In this document: positions 1 through 12,480 of the stretch, in pieces
Layout of the letters: the number at the start of each line of letters is the position of its first letter
How positions within the stretch are numbered: position 1 is the first letter of the stretch
NCBI GenBank assembly: GCA_024704765.1
Contig: JAKMXF010000155.1
Span: forward strand, 1 to 64,000
Source: Oopsacas minuta
Lineage: Eukaryota; Animalia; Porifera
Length of the DNA stretch: 64,000 nt
Reading direction: 5' to 3'
The notes under the pieces: model-generated
What the model saw: the letters and a program-made list of their open reading frames with translations, nothing else
Told to the model about the DNA's origin: nothing
Database searches by the model: none
Translations under genes and position numbers: made by a program

Positions 1-204
1 TATTCCAGATAATTGAATCAAAATAGGCATGGTCATATTGCAATTTAGTAACTAGGTAATACTATACTATTGAAAAAATGGAAATTGGATTTCAGAATAA
101 CTAGACGTGCTAGGGAAATTCTGATTGCAGATTCGAGTTCAGCATTCAAAAGTATGCTAAGATAAATGTATGTGATCTCTGATGAGAAATCTTGTTGAGT
201 TGTG
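1..204 (-). mobile_element. Left (5') end of a second Chapaev3-type element; the rest lies beyond the window start
   Basis: Bases 1-203 are the reverse complement of 23374-23576. The element ends ...GAGTTGTG (5'-CAC on the minus strand) at 204, followed by TTA, consistent with a TWA TSD. Confidence 0.85.
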
Positions 205-1479
205 TTATGAACCAATTTTAGAGGCAAATAAAGCTGTTTTGTCTAAGACTACACCTGGTGCGAAAATGCTTTTCTTCAATATGTATTCATATTTGGATTA
301 TGGATACTGTAGGGGATTATCTCGCCACATGCACATCTAATGAGGGTCAGAATATCAGAATTGGAGAATCCACTTGGTTTACATGGTCAGTTAAGAATCG
401 AAATACTCTGAACCTCATTAGATGTAATAGCGGTGCAAATTATACCTTTCATGATCCCTGATCCTAATTTGAATCTAAATTTGTGGAGGCTTTTTCTCAC
501 TGGAGGCTGTTTCATTAATGATAAATGTGTAATATATAGTTAGGTAATGAAAACATTCGTTCAATTAAATTTCAATAGTGCGTACATTACTTCTTATGGC
601 AAGTATAAATGGAGCTGGTGTTATCGATGTACATTACATCGGCGAATGTAATTGTTATCTCATATTTAATACTTCCGTTTGCTGTATATATTACTATATG
701 AATAAATAACCAGTTGGAGGACTTCAGGATTGGATGATGAGATATTATATTTTCTGTTTATGTTATTGATTAAAGAAGTAAGCAAGTGAGTATTATCCGG
801 CTTGACAGGCTTATTTTCCGTGTCAATAATTCAATTACATTGTATAAAAGTGGTTCATGCATGGTGAATCAAGCTTTGGAGGTGGATGGTGCACAGGGGA
901 AAGAAATGGCTATCCGTAGGCTTTAGGGTCTTGGGTAAATTCTAAAGTGTATAAAACGTATTATATATCAATGAGTTATTGCATATACATCTAACTAGTT
1001 GATTGACAAAAAATATTTTTGGCATGGCTTCTATTTTTAAATTATGATGACGTAATCGTAATTTGTGAAACATGTAAGCCGGCTTAAAATATATCCAGGT
1101 TGGAATTAGGGGTATGAAATCAAATATGTACTTATGGGTTAATCGCTATCTAAAAGTAGATTGATCAGATTCAAGATTTTTATGGCTTCTATTTTTCTCA
1201 TTATGATGAGGTAAGCAAAATATAAAGTAGAATTCAGGGAATATCCGCGTCATTTCAGTTATGTAGATAAAGTGTTCAAACTAAAATTATGCACCAAGAG
1301 ATAGTGCAGTGTTTAGATCATCAATTTATCGTTCATATTGCTGTATTATTACGCCAATAGCCATTTTATCTAAGAAACGAAAAAATTGAAACTTTGAAAA
1401 TTTATGGTAATTTGGACGTTTTGCGTGTTCTTAATAACCGACGGTTAATTATCCGGTAAATTTAAATTTAACTATTCTA

Positions 1480-2150
1480 GCCTTATTGCGATCCAAATGT
1501 TTCGACCTGGCATGAACTCCTCAGTCGCGTCGCCTTTTCCGCAATACACTTCAGATGGACCAGAGTTAGCGTTTAAGCCACTGGGAATATACCGTTGCAG
1601 GTCGCTTTTCCATTATCTGGGGTCGCCATGATAGGGATTTCGTTGCTTGAATAGCCTCGAATAGAGGTCCCCACAAAGTTCTATGTACATTGCCTTTGAG
1701 CACTTTCAATAACTATTTGTATGGAAGTTGAAGAATGAAGGCAAGGCGTTACTCAAATATTAACGAAATCAATATTATGTCTTGATCGTTAGTCTGGTGA
1801 ATCAAATTTGTACATTTCAACCTGCAGGTATGTCCGATTCCTCCACATTCCTTACACTTATAGGCGAAAACCTATCAGGACTGGACAGCTAGATGATTAA
1901 GCTTACTGAAAGCATCACATTCAGACTTCAATTCATTGAATCTTCTCCGAATTTAGTAGAATTCGCCATCTGAAAGATCAAATATTTGGATGAAGGAATC
2001 GATTGCCTTTCTGATTGATGGTTGAGAAAGAAGAAAACCAAATGCTTCCTGGTTATTCATTAAGAATTTAAAATATTTGCTAGAATTTAGTAAATAAAAG
2101 CAGTATAATATGAATTGAAGAAATTCTGAAACTCTTAAAGTTAACGGGCC
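1480..2150 (-). pseudogene. Possible degenerate UBR-box (N-recognin zinc finger)-like coding remnant
   Basis: Minus-strand translation reads ...ELKSECDAFSKLNHLAVQS**VFAYKCKECGGIGHTCRLKCTNLIHQTN, resembling the UBR3-type AYRCRTCG...C..CFHQGDH pattern. It has in-frame stops, and the later Cys/His ligands are not cleanly recoverable. Confidence 0.3.
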
Positions 2151-2511
2151 AATCTTTTAAAAATGCTTGGTGTTCATTTTGGGAGGCTGCGGGAGGCTGG
2201 ATTTAGTTCTAAATTATTGATAATATCATGACAAATCACCCTAAACTTGATATTACCTAGCCACAACTGGCCACAGTGAGTTTGAGGGGAAATTAGACCA
2301 AGGGATAATGTGTCCGGACACATTATGTGACGTCAAAATTAACTGAACCATCTAGAAAATATTCAAAAGTGGAATACTTAGCTCTTATCATAATTGAGAA
2401 GATTATATTCTGAACTAATAATAGGATAAAACTTTGAGCTGTTATTCTAATAAGTATTGTTGGATAGAGAGAATTAGATGCCTATGTATAGACATAAAAT
2501 AGAGATGAATA

Positions 2512-3842
2512 CTAGGGCGTTCAATAAGTCCTGCGGGTGATATCATAGAATATGATACTAACACTATACACACTAATTCACTATATTATTTATTCAAAGT
2601 ACTCTCCTCCTGCAGATATACAAAGTTCTAACCTTTCCACCCACGATAAAACACATTTCTATACTCTTCTTCGGGGATGGATTTGAAGTACTGGTACAGG
2701 CCCGTTCCGAGTGCTTGTAATGTGTTAAAATCTTTGCCATGAAGGTAGATTTCAAGCTTGGAGAATAGCCAAAAATCACACGGAGCTAGATCTGGTGAAT
2801 ATGGTGGATGGTGAAGTAATTCTAACCCTTCTACATCCAAGAAATTTTTGGTAAGCTTAGCTGTATGGGAACTGGCGTTATCAATTAAAATCTTCATTCC
2901 TCGAGTTCCGGTTTTCGGGCGGTACTTTTCTATATTTTTGATCAAATTTGGAAGCACTTGCTCTGTAAAGAAAGTAGCAGTAACAGCCTTGCCACTCTCA
3001 CAAAGTAATTGCAAGACAATTCCATGACTACTGAAGAAGATTATATACATAATCTTAGGTTTCTGAAGTCGGGCCTAGGAATTTTCGCCGGTTGTTGTCG
3101 CCCCTCACCCATGATCGCTTCTTATAATGCTATATGGTGTTGAATAGTATACCCACGTCTCGTTACCAGTAATAAGCTCTGTTAGGCATCTAGAATCGCA
3201 GTTCTCATAAGTTTCCAAGAGTTTCTTGGCAATATTCAGTCGTGCCAACCTTTGATTCTCACTGAGCTTATGCAGGACCCATTTCCCACAAATCGATCGG
3301 TAGCCAAGCTCAGTCGTCAGAATTGTATGAATAGCTCCGGATGAAATCTCCATTCTTAGTTCTAACTGATTGACACTAATGTACTTGTCTTTTATGACCA
3401 TACTTTCAATGAGTGCGATATTCTCTGAAGGGGTGGCGGATACTGGCCTTCCACATCGAGGTAAATCTGTGACATCAGTATCACCAGATCTAAAACGGAC
3501 AGCCCATCGCTCTACAGTAAATCTGGAAGGGCAATCTACGCACAATATCTCCTGTAACTCGCTGAAGATCTGTACGGGCTGGATCTTGAGTATTGTGCAA
3601 AACTCTATGTAAGCTCGCCATTTGAGGTTGAAATTATCATCCTTTGAAGCCATAAATTCAACAGTGGGCATAAATTGACTACACGTAACTATCACAAAAA
3701 TTCATAATTTGTATTGAATAAACTTGAAACTTTCAGTATAGGGAGTTTAACTATATGGGCTTATAATATATGAAAGTTAGATATATTGCTTGACTAATTC
3801 CTAAGATATATCATAACCCGCAAGACTTATTGAACGCCCTGA
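2512..3842 (-). mobile_element. Mariner (DD34D) transposon, family A copy 1, full length, defective
   Basis: TIRs CTAGGGCGTTCAATAAGTC... / ...GACTTATTGAACGCCCTGA with TA at 2510-2511 and 3843-3844. The transposase is split into ORFs 3105-3695 (HTH, WVLHKL, GNETW) and 2628-3050 (DNASSH, YSPDLAPCD); D2-D3 spacing is 34. Confidence 0.95.
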
Positions 3843-4854
3843 TAATGAATTCAATTATAGCCATCTACTAAGCATGACATTTGATTACAAAGTAATAGGA
3901 TTTTTATAAAGAAAATTATGATTTCCAGCTTGCAGATTATGCTGAATTTGAAACGTAACATTTTCGAAATCTTATGGGATGATGAAAAATTTGCTCGAAA
4001 GCCTATTGTGAAGCCACTGTGTGGTGCAAGTAGTATGTGTAATATATGTATGTACATTCTCGTTTAGTCAAGAGTAGCACAGCTTATGAAATCATACAGG
4101 GCAATATGTTCCTAATTGTGTAATATAAGCAGACCTGAAGAGGAAGTTTTCGTACAGTACAAATTGGAATCATTCTTTGCTGAATTAATACTGATATTTG
4201 TATATTGCTTGGTGATAAATGGTTAAAATAACTCTGGATACTAACTCAAATTTCAATTTTCAGTCTATATTGATGCTGTTATTACTTGTGTTATGTATAT
4301 CAACTCTTTTTGTGTGTAAGTTTACTGAATATTATCTCTATAAATGTATATCCGATACCTGTATAATTCTAAATCAGATAATATCTGTTAAATGTTGGGA
4401 TAACTTTATGGATGTATTGTTTCTTTGTAACCTTCAGTTTCAATGATATGAAGGAATTTTAATAAGGTTTTTAGCATTCACACCTTCAGATTTTCAATAA
4501 TGAACAATGGAGCTTTGGATTCTAGATAGTTGAAGCTGAAATATAATTCTACTGGTACAAGATACTTCTATTGGATTACTAAATTACACTACACAATCAT
4601 ATCGAATTTGTTGATCGTTGTAAATTTATAAAAGAATTTGAGGAATGGTAATGTAAATTTTGAATTACAACAAAAGAAGTACCATACGTAAAGATACTCC
4701 CATTTCTAGAACTAACATCTTCAGGATATCCCATTCTTTTTATATATATTCACATAGAAACTCGCATTACTAAACCTAACCATTCTATCGAAGGACATTA
4801 ATTATCTAATTTATGACTATCTTTTAATATTATTATAATTATAACTATCATTAA

Positions 4855-5040
4855 TTATGATTATGATTATGATTATGATTACTATGATTATGATTATTAT
4901 GATTATTATGATTATTTATTAGTATTATTAGTATTATTATTAGTATTAGTATAGTAATAGCATTAGTATTAGTATTAGTAATACTATTACTATTAGTATT
5001 ATTATAATTTTTATTATTACTATTATTATTATTATTAAAT
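4855..5040. repeat. Degenerate (TAT/TGA/TAG)n low-complexity microsatellite
   Basis: Runs of ATTATG, ATTAGT and ATT units. Confidence 0.9.
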
Positions 5041-6305
5041 GATTAATTTTGTAACTTGTACTGTAGAATTGTATATGTAATGAATTAACATTACCAAGTC
5101 CCTAAAAGCTAGTTAAATGATGAAAAAAGTCGCAATGGGACTATAACAAGTATAACGATCAGACTTCCTACACATTCTAAGCAAATGCTGCATAGTCTTA
5201 CAAGTAGAGTCTGTGCAAAAACTACCATACAATTAAAATGCAATAATTATAGTAAAGCAACTGAGGAAAATTGAGAAAAACAAATTAATAAAAATATTAT
5301 AGAAAAAAGTACTAGCGAACCACAGGTTCTAATGAAGTAGAAGTATAAGATACGAAAGATGATATCTATAAATCTGAAGGGCTTCTTAAGAGGAATAAGT
5401 TCAAGAATTAATCAAAAATGTTAAAATTCAAAATGTACAATAAAACTGAGATTTTTCAATTTATGCAGACCGTTGCTGATGATAATTTTTTGCTTCACGA
5501 AATACCGATATTGTCGTAAACGTCCATATCTCGCATATTGGTTAGCATAAAATAATTGAAATTCAGTCGATTTAGGGTAAGAAACATGAATTTCCAACAG
5601 GATAATTTCTGTAATAAAATTTTGCATCAAAAACAGCAGTTCTCGAATTGTTAAGGAGAAATCTCAGCATAGTTGACCAAATTATACAATAGCTGATAAT
5701 AATGTGACTCATACAAATCTAACAATAACAAAATCTCATATTTCGAGGTCAACCTAGACGGATAATACGTTCAAATAAATATGTATGACGTGTTATACGT
5801 TATACACGATGATACAACTTAGGTTCCAACTGACCCTACTTATGTAGAATATGATTCATCCCCTATCACTATCACACTTTACATAAAATTTGAATTCCCC
5901 TAACTCCGCTAGTTGTTAATATTCTTTAATGAAATTTAACATTCATAACCGTCCATAACTAAAGTATGCATGAGAATTTTAGAATCGAATTCTGACTCTT
6001 AGGTGGCTAAATTCAAGGGAGTAGTGACCCTAAAATTTAACCAAAAGAGTAACTAAAAGTAAATGTTTATAAATCAAAACAAATTGCGTAGAACTTCCAA
6101 CTCTCCTCTTTCAATGATACAAATTTTGTTAAATCTGATGAGTATAAGTGAGTCAAATTCGTAACTGAAGTGAATTTAGTCGAATAGCCTGCTAACTTCA
6201 CTCTCGTTCATAAAGTCCTTATAATTTGATGATGACTACGATACTTTACATCAACTTGGTAGAGGCCACGGAGACAGTTTGATGGCAGTAATGTCATGGT
6301 GACTA

Positions 6306-6654
6306 GCGCATGGGAAGTCTTATTACATGACTCGGTGGATAATATGGATTAACCTAAATTATTTGTGGAATTTAAGTTATGCGTTTTTCTCACCTTTCAA
6401 CATTTGGTAATATCCTAGAAATATCCACATCAGCACCTATAGACCTATGAAATGTATTACTTTCACTTCGGGCCGAATAAATATCCCACATAATGATAGA
6501 AATACATGTCATCACTTCAGAGAAACAAATTTTTTCGATATATAAGATTTTTGTCTATAGATAAAGGTGTGAAAAATACATAACATACATTTCACAAAAT
6601 ATATAGTTAAATCCATATGATACACGGAGTCCTGTAATTTGACTACCCATATGC
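6306..6654. repeat. Old imperfect inverted repeat (foldback/MITE remnant)
   Basis: 6306-6397 aligns by eye with the reverse complement of 6563-6654 (~90-bp arms). A further inverted partial copy lies at ~6700-6755. Confidence 0.65.
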
Positions 6655-9339
6655 AAATGATATTTCATGTGTCTAAAGCATGAAATGGATATTGAACAAT
6701 ATTACCATATATGGAAAAATGTAAATATCGAATAACTTAAATTCCACAAATATTTCCGGCAAACCAATATGACAGTTGGAATCCTAAATAGACTTCCTAT
6801 ACGACGATGATACATGTCCTGTGTCTAGCAATAGCGGATTACGAGATATCAGTAAGGACATAGTACTGAAATCAGCCTACGCTAATCTTACAGTAGGCTT
6901 GACAATGCCTGCTTTCAAAGAAGTGCCTGATATAGTGGGGTAGGAAATGGGACCAGGGGCAGGTTCGGATAATAGAAGTTCATATCATCAAGGTCACGAT
7001 GTGGCAATGGAGTAATATTGACTAATGACGTTAATCATTGCCAATAGATTCAGATATATTATGTAACCGTTTAGGACCTTTGTATTTCTTTATTGGAAAA
7101 TTTCTCAATTACTTCCAAATCTATTTACAAGTAGTTGCAATACTTACCTAATACAGTATATAGTTACCTAAGGGACCAAAATGTTCATACTAGACGCGGT
7201 GATGTGAGACCCCCCCCCCCTGGCCCCGAGCATAAATTATCACATGTTTGGCGGTCCTGCTCTCCCGTATGGGTTAATTCGTCAAAACCATATACCAATG
7301 TGGCGTGCTGGCCTTAAACCAAAATTACAAAATTTGAACTAGTAAACCAAATTGTTATAGGACTAACAGTTTAGGTTTCAGTTATCTGGTTGTTTTGTGA
7401 TCATGTCCCAGAAATCACACCAAGAGATTTCAAGTTGTCAATTTCACCAGTAATTCGTGGGTCCTTTGGATTCTCGCGATAATAGCTGGAATGTTGGAGT
7501 GCCGTTTATTCGAGTTCCACTGCATATGACATTAAATATACTCTAGTCACAAAGATTTCCTTAAGAAAGTTGGATTAAATAAATTCAAAGTCCAAAATAC
7601 CATTACACCAAACATTATTCAGATTGTCAAGCATATTATATCATTCCTGAACATACTAACCTAAATAAATACCAAAGTATAATGCAATGATACTCTACAT
7701 ATAGAAACACAGAGAAAAATTACCTAATTATAGCATGACGCAAAAAATGGCTATACGACCATACAATATGATATGTAATAGCTATCGCATGCCTCTTTGT
7801 TTGAGGTCATACGCCCTCGTAAAGAGTAATTGTCCGAAGCCTAAAACCAAAAATGTGCAAGCCTTAGGTTGCTCTCTAATATAGCAGAAACAGCTCACTC
7901 ATAATCTGTGGATTTTAATTACCAATAACTAGTGTGAAATTTTGGAACCAATTTTGTATTCATCAAATAAATAATTCTCATCATCGTTTTCTAGCATTAC
8001 TAGTTCTTCATTCATTAGAGGCTCAAACAATTTTTTCTTTACAGTATGATAGAAATTCTTTTAATTACCTCGATGCTCGTAAAGACAAAATTGAAAATTA
8101 TCAGGCCTGACATAAATTTGTATAGATTAGAGATGAAACAGACATATTTCGAAATTGTACTAGTATATTTTAGATGCTGGTGAGTCAATATTTAGTGTTT
8201 TAAAGAAAATGTGTAATAGGTAATTAAACTTACAGATTGGATATTAGGAGCATCAAATGTTGAAAAAAATTCTTGTAAGAAATACAAAAGTATAGAACTG
8301 CTGTACTGATCGAAAGAATGTTCCAAGATAAATATCTGATAAACGATATTGCTAGCATCATAAGTACAAGAAGTATCAAATTCAAGGGAAATAGGATAGG
8401 ATGTTGATGCTTGTAATACGCTTGTCAAACTCGTAATTTCTTGTGACAGATCCAATTCTCTAAGAGAAGGTTTCACCTTTATTGACTAAAGTAGGGAGCA
8501 TAAACTACAAAATATTATCCGCAATAATTAGACATAGCTAAAATCACGAGAAACGACTTAACGTTGTCGTGCCAGTTGGAAGCAACAAACTTTCTATATA
8601 GAGATTAAAAATCCGCGGATAAATAACTAAGTTATTACGAATACTCATGTTGCACAATAGCCAAATAAATTTATGTACATGGTCTTATTAACAAGAATTC
8701 TAGATCAAAATTCCAAGAGTATTTCTTGGAAATGGCTTAAATACTAAAAAATTTCTTACTTCCAATAACCTTTCGGAAATTATTAATTGTTTACAAAAGT
8801 ATAGAGTCTGGGCCACTTGTAGATCGAATTGTAACCGTTCCAATTCTATCAAATAACCATGTGAAAATGGACTGAGTAATCCTGCAGCGAGCAGTAAAGT
8901 ATGTGACGGAATAACCGAAAATAATTGAAATACATGATTTGAATATCCTGAAAAATTTGCTCAATAATACACCGAAATGAAAGCTAAATCTAAACATTGG
9001 AAGGTTGCTAGAAATTTACCAATATGTTACTATCTTTGTGTTAGAATATGATGTAAGTATTGTTGATATTTGTCAATGAAATTGGGATAATTGATAAAGC
9101 GAATTTTCAAAAAAGGAAAATAGCAGAAGAATTCATGTATTTTTTCCATATTTGGAAATAGAATGGATGCTTGGAGAAATAGTGGCTCCACCTCAAAATT
9201 TGACATAGTTCATTTGTTTTTTAGCTGAAAAACTGGTAATGATTAATTAAACTTTGTGAATTTTGGTTATATTCAAAATGCATCTTCTTCAAAAACATTT
9301 CATCTCTAGCAACCATGATGTTCAGAAAATCTTATATTG

Positions 9340-10669
9340 CTAGGACGTTCAATAAGTCCTGCGGGTGATATCATAGAATATGATACTAACACTATACACA
9401 CTAATTCACTATATTATTTATTCAAAGTACTCTCCTCCTGCAGATATACAAAGTTCCAACCTTTCCACCCACGATAAAACACATTTCTATACTCTTCTTC
9501 GGGATGGATTTGAAGTACTGGTACAGGCCCGTTCCGAGTGCTTGTAATGTGTTAAAATCTTTGCCATGAAGGTAGATTTCAAGCTTGGAGAATAGCCAAA
9601 AATCACACGGAGCTAGATCTGGTGAATATGGTGGATGGTGAAGTAATTCTAACCCTTCTACATCCAAGAAATTTTTGGTAAGCTTAGCTGTATGGGAACT
9701 GGCGTTATCAATTAAAATCTTCATTCCTCGAGTTCCGGTTTTCGGGCGGTACTTTTCTATATTTTTGATCAAATTTGGAAGCACTTGCTCTGTAAAGAAA
9801 GTAGCAGTAACAGCCTTGCCACTCTCACAAAGTAATTGCAAGACAATTCCATGACTACTGAAGAAGATTATATACATAATCTTAGGTTTCTGAAGTCGGG
9901 CCTAGGAATTTTCGCCGGTTGTTGTCGCCCCTCACCCATGATCGCTTCTTATAATGCTATATGGTGTTGAATAGTATACCCACGTCTCGTTACCAGTAAT
10001 AAGCTCTGTTAGGCATCTAGAATCGCAGTTCTCATAAGTTTCCAAGAGTTTCTTGGCAATATTCAGTCGTGCCAACCTTTGATTCTCACTGAGCTTATGC
10101 AGGACCCATTTCCCACAAATCGATCGGTAGCCAAGCTCAGTCGTCAGAATTGTATGAATAGCTCCGGATGAAATCTCCATTCTTAGTTCTAACTGATTGA
10201 CACTAATGTACTTGTCTTTTATGACCATACTTTCAATGAGTGCGATATTCTCTGAAGGGGTGGCGGATACTGGCCTTCCACATCGAGGTAAATCTGTGAC
10301 ATCAGTATCACCAGATCTAAAACGGACAGCCCATCGCTCTACAGTAAATCTGGAAGGGCAATCTACGCACAATATCTCCTGTAACTCGCTGAAGATCTGT
10401 ACGGGCTGGATCTTGAGTATTGTGCAAAACTCTATGTAAGCTCGCCATTTGAGGTTGAAATTATCATCCTTTGAAGCCATAAATTCAACAGTGGGCATAA
10501 ATTGACTACACGTAACTATCACAAAAATTCATAATTTGTATTGAATAAACTTGAAACTTTCAGTATAGGGAGTTTAACTATATGGGCTTATAATATATGA
10601 AAGTTAGATATATTACTTGACTAATTCCTAAGATATATCATGACATGCAAGACTTATTGAACGCCCTGA
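9340..10669 (-). mobile_element. Mariner family A copy 2, full length, defective
   Basis: Nearly identical to 2512-3842 (only a handful of differences seen), and ORF 9932-10522 encodes the same protein. Flanks differ from copy 1. TA at 10670-10671; the left TSD reads TG. Confidence 0.95.
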
Positions 10670-12083
10670 TAGTGTTGGTAGGTAGTTTTCCACAAAACTG
10701 ATTGGACAGAGCTTTCTTAGGTTGAAAATAATGACGGCCTGGCCGGTGCCTATCTCAAAACAATGGCATCAAGGTAGAATGCTTCCAGTTGGACCCAGAA
10801 TGACGCCTTCACGACTCTGCAATATTCAAAATTACTCTACTATAATCGATTACAGGGCTTACTTACTATATTAAGGGATTCGAACTCTAATAATTCACCA
10901 CTTCTTATTACTGGATTCTACAAGTCGTAGTTAACACGTTTTTTGGCGTGATATCGATATATTTGTAGATATGATATTTATTGTTATAATTTATGTATAT
11001 TGGGAACCCATGAGTTAAAAATGTTTTCAAACAAGGGGAAATTTCTAGTTTCCACAGGTAATTCCCACCCTAAACTATTGCAGTGTATCAAAATAAGTTT
11101 GAAACGATCTACTCATTCACAGACTATAAATTTCAATGACCATCCAGCCACTTGGCCTGAAAGATAGTGAAAAATTTCATATTGTTTGGTGCAAATATGA
11201 TCAAGTCTAACATCTCAAGATAATGATTTACTCTCTATCTTCAAATATCAGATAAAAGGAACTAAAATAAGCAAATAGAAATGAGTATATACTCATTATA
11301 CTATATGCCACATACTTCCACAATAACCATTAAATCTACGATATTATTGCTGATACGAATTGACGTAATGAAATGTATTAATTAGGATATTTTAGATCCA
11401 CAGTCATTTAGGTAATGAAAGCACTTTGGGCACTTGTATCCCTTGATTATATATTCAATATCTACATTATAAAGCATGGCGAGTTAACGCATGGAACACC
11501 ACAACAAGTGTCAGTATCAAATATCTTGTGAACTGCGTTAATCCTAATTTAAAATTGCAACAAGTGTATATGGTAGTAGATGACAAACCAAACAAATATG
11601 ATAGAGTTTAAAACGTCAATTTGTTACTTTAATACACATGTTTCAGTAAGTATTAATTCCTCCTAAATTACAATTGCTAAAAATTAAACCGAATCAAATA
11701 TTTCGATCAACAGAAACATGCTGACATTTGTAACTATTACAACTGATACAATGGTTAACTCAGAATGAAATGTAGTATTTCTAGGTTTTAAGATATGCTG
11801 AATTCAAAGAGACAAAGGAACTAACATTCTAATACTATAAAAATCGAGCATATTTTCACCTAAATGCCGACTGTGATCTGGTCCATACATTATCGATCCC
11901 ATCTTGCATGCTAAAATACCTACTGTTAGCAAATTCGCAGATACATTCCTTTATGGGCGGTGTTGTAGCAAAATAGAGGGCCCATATGGAACCCTTAGTA
12001 ATAGGGAATGTTATGTCTTCTTGAAAAGCTTACACCAAACTGAATGAGAAAAAATGTATAAATTTTGTAATTTTTGTGAATTA

Positions 12084-12260
12084 CAGTAGTCTCGTTATTA
12101 CTAACACGGTTAAAACGTAACTCCGGGTAAGGAGGACAAATTTGTACACTTTATCAGCCCCCTTCGATGCCTTTCCAAAGTAAATTAGTTCGGATAATGG
12201 ATAAATTAGAGGTACCAATTTTGTCAGTCTTCTGGTGCACGTATTAACGGGAGTCTACTG
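12084..12260. mobile_element. pogo/Tigger-like MITE
   Basis: Imperfect TIRs CAGTAGTCTCGTTATTAC / GTATTAACGGGAGTCTACTG flanked by TA on both sides; no coding capacity. Confidence 0.7.
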
Positions 12261-12480
12261 TATATAAAGGGATGGCAGAAGGGCAGGGCAAAAATGTGGC
12301 GCCCGTAGAGATAATGGACCCTTTTGTGAAAGTACTAAGGTATTGATTCCTTTAAAATCCATTTTCTCTGCAAAAGGACACCGTGAACCAAGCTTTGCTT
12401 TTTGACCTAGAGAAATGATCAAAACCTTGGAAGATATTGCAATTTTTGGTGGGCCGCGAGAATGGCACAAAACCGCGAGT

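Noticed and set aside
5150-5270. YK*SLCKNYHT resembling a TIS11-type CCCH finger
   Set aside because: Surrounded by stops, and the remaining ligands are absent; compatible with chance.
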